A stretch of 64,000 bases of DNA from Eledone cirrhosa (Eukaryota): NCBI GenBank assembly GCA_964016885.1, contig OZ024745.1, positions 56,420,001 to 56,484,000 of the forward strand. Direction: 5' to 3'. How positions within the stretch are numbered: position 1 is the stretch's first letter; every line of letters begins with the position of its first letter. The notes below the pieces were generated by a model that saw nothing but the letters and a program-made list of their open reading frames with translations, did no database searches and was not told the DNA's origin. Below are positions 59,589-64,000 of the stretch, piece after piece. A program made the position numbers and the translations under genes.

Positions 59589-60454
59589 ATAAATTCTGTG
59601 CGCAAGTGGATAATAATAATAATAATACCAACAACAAGAACGACACAAATCAACTACAACGATAATAACAACGTTAATAATTATCATTTTTATTGATATT
59701 ATTATTCTCATCATGACACTATAACGTTATCCTAATGATGAGTATGATCATATTGTTATCATCGCCAATATCACTAGCATTTTGCGCATGGGCCCCAATA
59801 AGTCTAATTAAATATATTTTCGTTTAGTCATCTATACATCGAAAAGAAATCTAGCTGTCGATTTTAGCAATATTTTAATGTATAATATCGAGAAGTGCAT
59901 TCAAATTGTTTGTGTCAGAAACTAGGCTACAACGACAATTAATTTCCAGATTTCGTATTTCAGTATCATTCGTTAAAACAATTTAGACAACATACAAAAA
60001 CCGACGAAGTAATGACAAAAGAAATTCCATGATTATCTTCTAGGTTATAACAGCTTTGACTGATATTAGAGTTAGCTAATGGCATATTTTAGATAAATAC
60101 CTTCGGAGGTGGTCAATAAAATATTGAAATATTTTTTTGAGATTTAATTATGATTCGATTCATATGGCATTTGATTACTGAAGAGGTCGCGGATTGAAAT
60201 GACACTCAGATTGTGTACTTCATAGGCATTTAATTAAGTGAAAATATAGTTGACAACACACATAGCAGAGAAATCTATATAAAGTGTATCTTCATGATTT
60301 TGGGGGCTCAATTATACAGTCGCCACGATAATTTGGTAATTCCGTGTAATATATAGTTCATGTCCATGCCATATTACATCATGTCAAAATTTTCTTCTGA
60401 GTTAGTAAACACACGGCATCTGAATATTCATTTACACGCGCACACACATACACC

Positions 60455-60514
<60 letters not shown>

Positions 60515-61221
60515 TCATATTTATATGCTCATATACAAATGTATATATACATATATATATATGTATATATATATATATGTGTGTGTGTGTGTTTGTGTGT
60601 GCCTGTTTGTGTGTATGTCATGTTCGTGTGTGTTTACGTATGTGTATCTGTGTGTGAATGTATACAGAGAGCGGGGGAAAATGATGTGTGGGAGAGAGAG
60701 GCGTGGAGAAAGTGAGAGAGTTACTTCCACTCTACGATTTAATTACAAGTTAGATGGCATTAAAGTGTATTATTTTAACTTTATTTTAATATCATCCCAA
60801 TTAAATTGAAATGTCGGATTTATATATTGAAATGCATTTAAAATCTAGATATATATATTCAAGCATGAAATGAATTTAATCATTAACCCTCGTAAACTTA
60901 ATGTAGTTCCTCTAAGCATTTTATTTTTTATGTAGAAAGTTATTCAACTGAGACAACACATGTTCAGATGTGTAGTCGGTATTGTTTACTGCATATATGT
61001 TATTTATAGAGCATTTAAAACGCAATCCTCATAATAGATCAACATTACCATATATCTAGCGAGCCATGCAATTAATTAACCCATATATATATACACATAC
61101 TAAAGCCTTCCCATCTCAAACGGTCTAAGAAAAGCGCTGCCTAAGGTTTTACTGTAGAACATTTTGTTTGTTTTTAAATAATTAAATAATTCTAATTATC
61201 TTTGTCGTACTGCTGAGAAAG

Positions 61222-61560
61222 CTAATGGCTTTGTGTTTAGAGTGTTGGGCTTGCAATTGTGAGGTTCTGAGTTTGATGCTCAGACCGGGTGATGCGTTTT
61301 CCTTGAGCAAGACACTATTTCACGTTGCTTCAATCCACTCAGTTGTGAAATGGGTTACGATGTCACTGGTGCCAAGCTGCATCGGCCTTTGCCTTTCCCT
61401 TGGACAACATTAGTGACACGGAGAGAGGCGACTGGCATGAATGGCTGACTGCTGGTCTCCCACAAACATCCTTGTTCGGACTTGCACATCAGAAGAGAGC
61501 ATGCTAGATATAATTCCCATGGTCATTCGTAATCCTATGTGGGTGACTGGGTCTTTTAAC
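61222..61560 (+). mobile_element. tRNA-derived SINE
   Basis: A-box-like TGGCTTTGTGTTTAG, degenerate B box GAGTTTGATGC, then CCTTGAGCAAGACACT core. Confidence 0.6.
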
Positions 61561-62174
61561 TGCTGTGGAAGAAGCATTGCCAGTTAGACTAGGTTGTACT
61601 ATAGTTAAAAAATATATTTGTGTAGGAAGTTGAATAAAATGATGTAGAAGCGTTGGAGAAAATGATTTGCGATGGAGACATTTTTGTTTTTACGTGCGTT
61701 ATGTATGCTTTTGGGATATTTTATTGATTTTCACTGGATATCTTAGGCATATGTTATTGTATTTATGGATATGTGTGTGTCTGTTTATATGCTTATGTGA
61801 TGTGGATGTTCAAAGTTGAAAGAATCTATACATATAACAGTAGGTATGTATTCATAAAATAACTGGCATGCTGGGAAGTCATTGGTGTGCTTAATACAAT
61901 TTTAAATGAGAGTGGTGGGCAGGAATTCGTGAAACAATTTTAACATATTCATTTGTCATTCTGGTGGTAGTGAAGCGTACCAATATATGTTAATGTTGTT
62001 AGTTAGTGTTGATAAATATTTAGATTTGCGCACGAGTTTAACGTGTATTTTTGTCGGAAACGTGTGTGTTATAGAGCGAATATTTGAAAGTAGGTTATTT
62101 GGTCAGGTGGGATTTTTGGAGGCCACATATTGTTTAAATGGATTGTTCAACATTGTTCAACACACGCCCCCACC

Positions 62175-62524
<350 letters not shown>

Positions 62525-62594
62525 TATATATATATTATTTCGTTTCTGAATTTGTTTAGCAAGATTCTTTATCTGAAAACGTGTGATGAAACCG

Positions 62595-63013
62595 ATATTG
62601 TTATGCTTTGGGAGGGTCATGTTGCCAATAAGAAACAGGGGCACCAGTTGCTTTCGCTGCAATTTATTATAAATTAAATTTATAATTTTAAGAATTTATA
62701 AATTTCCGGTTGGTTGGTTCCATAACCGGACGGTTGTTCATATATTGTCAGAGTTCTGTCGTCAAACATTCTGTGACATCTTCAGTGACTGGGGATTCTT
62801 TTCTTTGTTTTTGTGTCTCTCAGTCACTGAAGAGGTCATAGAATGTGTGACGAAATATCTTTGACACTATATGTACAGCCGTCCGCTTATGGAACCAACC
62901 AACCAATCGGAAATTTATAAATTCTTAAATTTATAAATTTAATTTATAATAAATTGCAGTGAAAGCAACTGGTGCCCCTGTTTCTTATTGGCAACATGAC
63001 CCTCCCAAAGCAT

Positions 63014-63020
<7 letters not shown>
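62595..63020. mobile_element. Inverted-repeat element with degenerate HHRs (family H, termini related to family A)
   Basis: ~200-bp inverted arms; right arm GTCA-CTGAAGA(62827)-gGTCATAgaatgTGTGAC-GAAA(62852)-TATCTT-TGAC; ends ATGACCCTCCCAAAGCATAACAA-(TA)n. Confidence 0.7.
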
Positions 63021-63076
<56 letters not shown>

Positions 63077-63279
63077 AATATATAGGAAAAACAAATACTC
63101 GACGTGAAGTATAGAAAAATGAAGAATTTAATCAAATGTTCGTTTTTAACATATGTTTCAATACAATATAAGTCTACGTAATGCTGGTTGCATAATACTG
63201 TTATTATTATGCACACTCATTAGCAATACATTAAATATTGAATTTCTTCAGAAAGATTTCAAAAAGATTTCAAAGTATC

Positions 63280-64000
63280 GACGGTCTCGGGGGTTTCAGG
63301 TTTTCGTCGGTTTTGGGGATTTCGCCTGTTTAGGGAGTTTATGCTTTTTCTGGGGGTTAGGAGGTTCCAGGTCTTTTGGAGGTTTAGGGGCTTTCGAAGG
63401 TATAGGCGGTATAGGTTTCGGGCGATTAGGCGATTTCCTGGGTCTATAGGTTTTCTGGGGATTAGGCGGTTTCGGGGGTCTCTGGGTGTAACGGTGATTT
63501 AGTTGGTTTCGAGTGTTTTGGCGGTTTCAGTTGTTTTATGTGTTTAGTCGCTTTCGGGGATTTAGTCGGTTTCAGGGATTTAGGTGGGTTAAGGCGTTTC
63601 AAAGGTTAGGTGGCTTGGGGTTTTCGAGTTTTATGGTTTTCATGGCTTCAGGAGGTTTAGGGTTTTTCGTAGGTTTCAGCAGTTTCGACGGTTTCGGCGA
63701 TTTCCGGGCTTCCGAGGTCTTTGGCGGTTTCGGGGTATTCGGGGGTTTAGGTGGTTTCAGGTACTTAGGGATTTTGGGGGGTTTAGGTAGTATCGGGGGT
63801 TTGCGAGATTTGTGTTTTTGGGGTTTATAAGTGGTTTAGGGGGCTTCCAGATCGGTGGTTTAGGCGGTTTCGGGGGTTTATGAGATTTAAGGGGCCTAAG
63901 GGATTGCGGGAGCTTTAAGGTGTTCTGGGTTTTAGTTGGTTTCAGGTGTTCAGGAGGTTTAGAGGTTTTTGCGGGTATGGGCGGTTTTGGGTTTTCGGTG
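63280..64000 (+). repeat. Degenerate G/T-rich strand-asymmetric minisatellite (TTTAGG/TTTCGG units)
   Basis: Recurrent ~9-10-nt units such as GGTTTAGG, GGTTTCGG, GGTTTCAGG to window end. Confidence 0.8.

Noticed and set aside
63513-63830. Gly/Phe-rich ORF resembling a structural protein
   Set aside because: Translation of the G/T-rich minisatellite; frames are interrupted

Overview
AT-rich, microsatellite-saturated eukaryotic DNA, probably an octopus/cephalopod genome (inferred from the recurrent SINE families and dense (TA)n/(CA)n tracts). No host protein-coding gene can be supported; almost all long ORFs in the track are microsatellite artefacts. Recognisable coding remnants are all transposon-derived: a hAT (Charlie/Buster-type) element with TIRs and an 8-bp TSD, mariner remnants and MITEs, an RTE fragment, a chimeric L1/Tx1-type LINE (ORF1 plus APE-RT ORF2), a CRE-clade RLE fragment and a decayed Penelope GIY-YIG. 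The main signal is non-coding. At least seven unrelated short repeat families embedded in (TA)n tracts carry a type I hammerhead ribozyme (HHR) core (CUGANGA-stem II-GAAA-short, often palindromic stem III-UH, closed by stem I). They occur as tandem, terminally redundant or inverted copies, as expected for Penelope-dependent, retrozyme-like elements. The clearest case is a near-perfect 310-bp tandem array (32463-34763) with 7 sense HHRs and 1 antisense HHR. All structures were read by eye and need computational and experimental confirmation.
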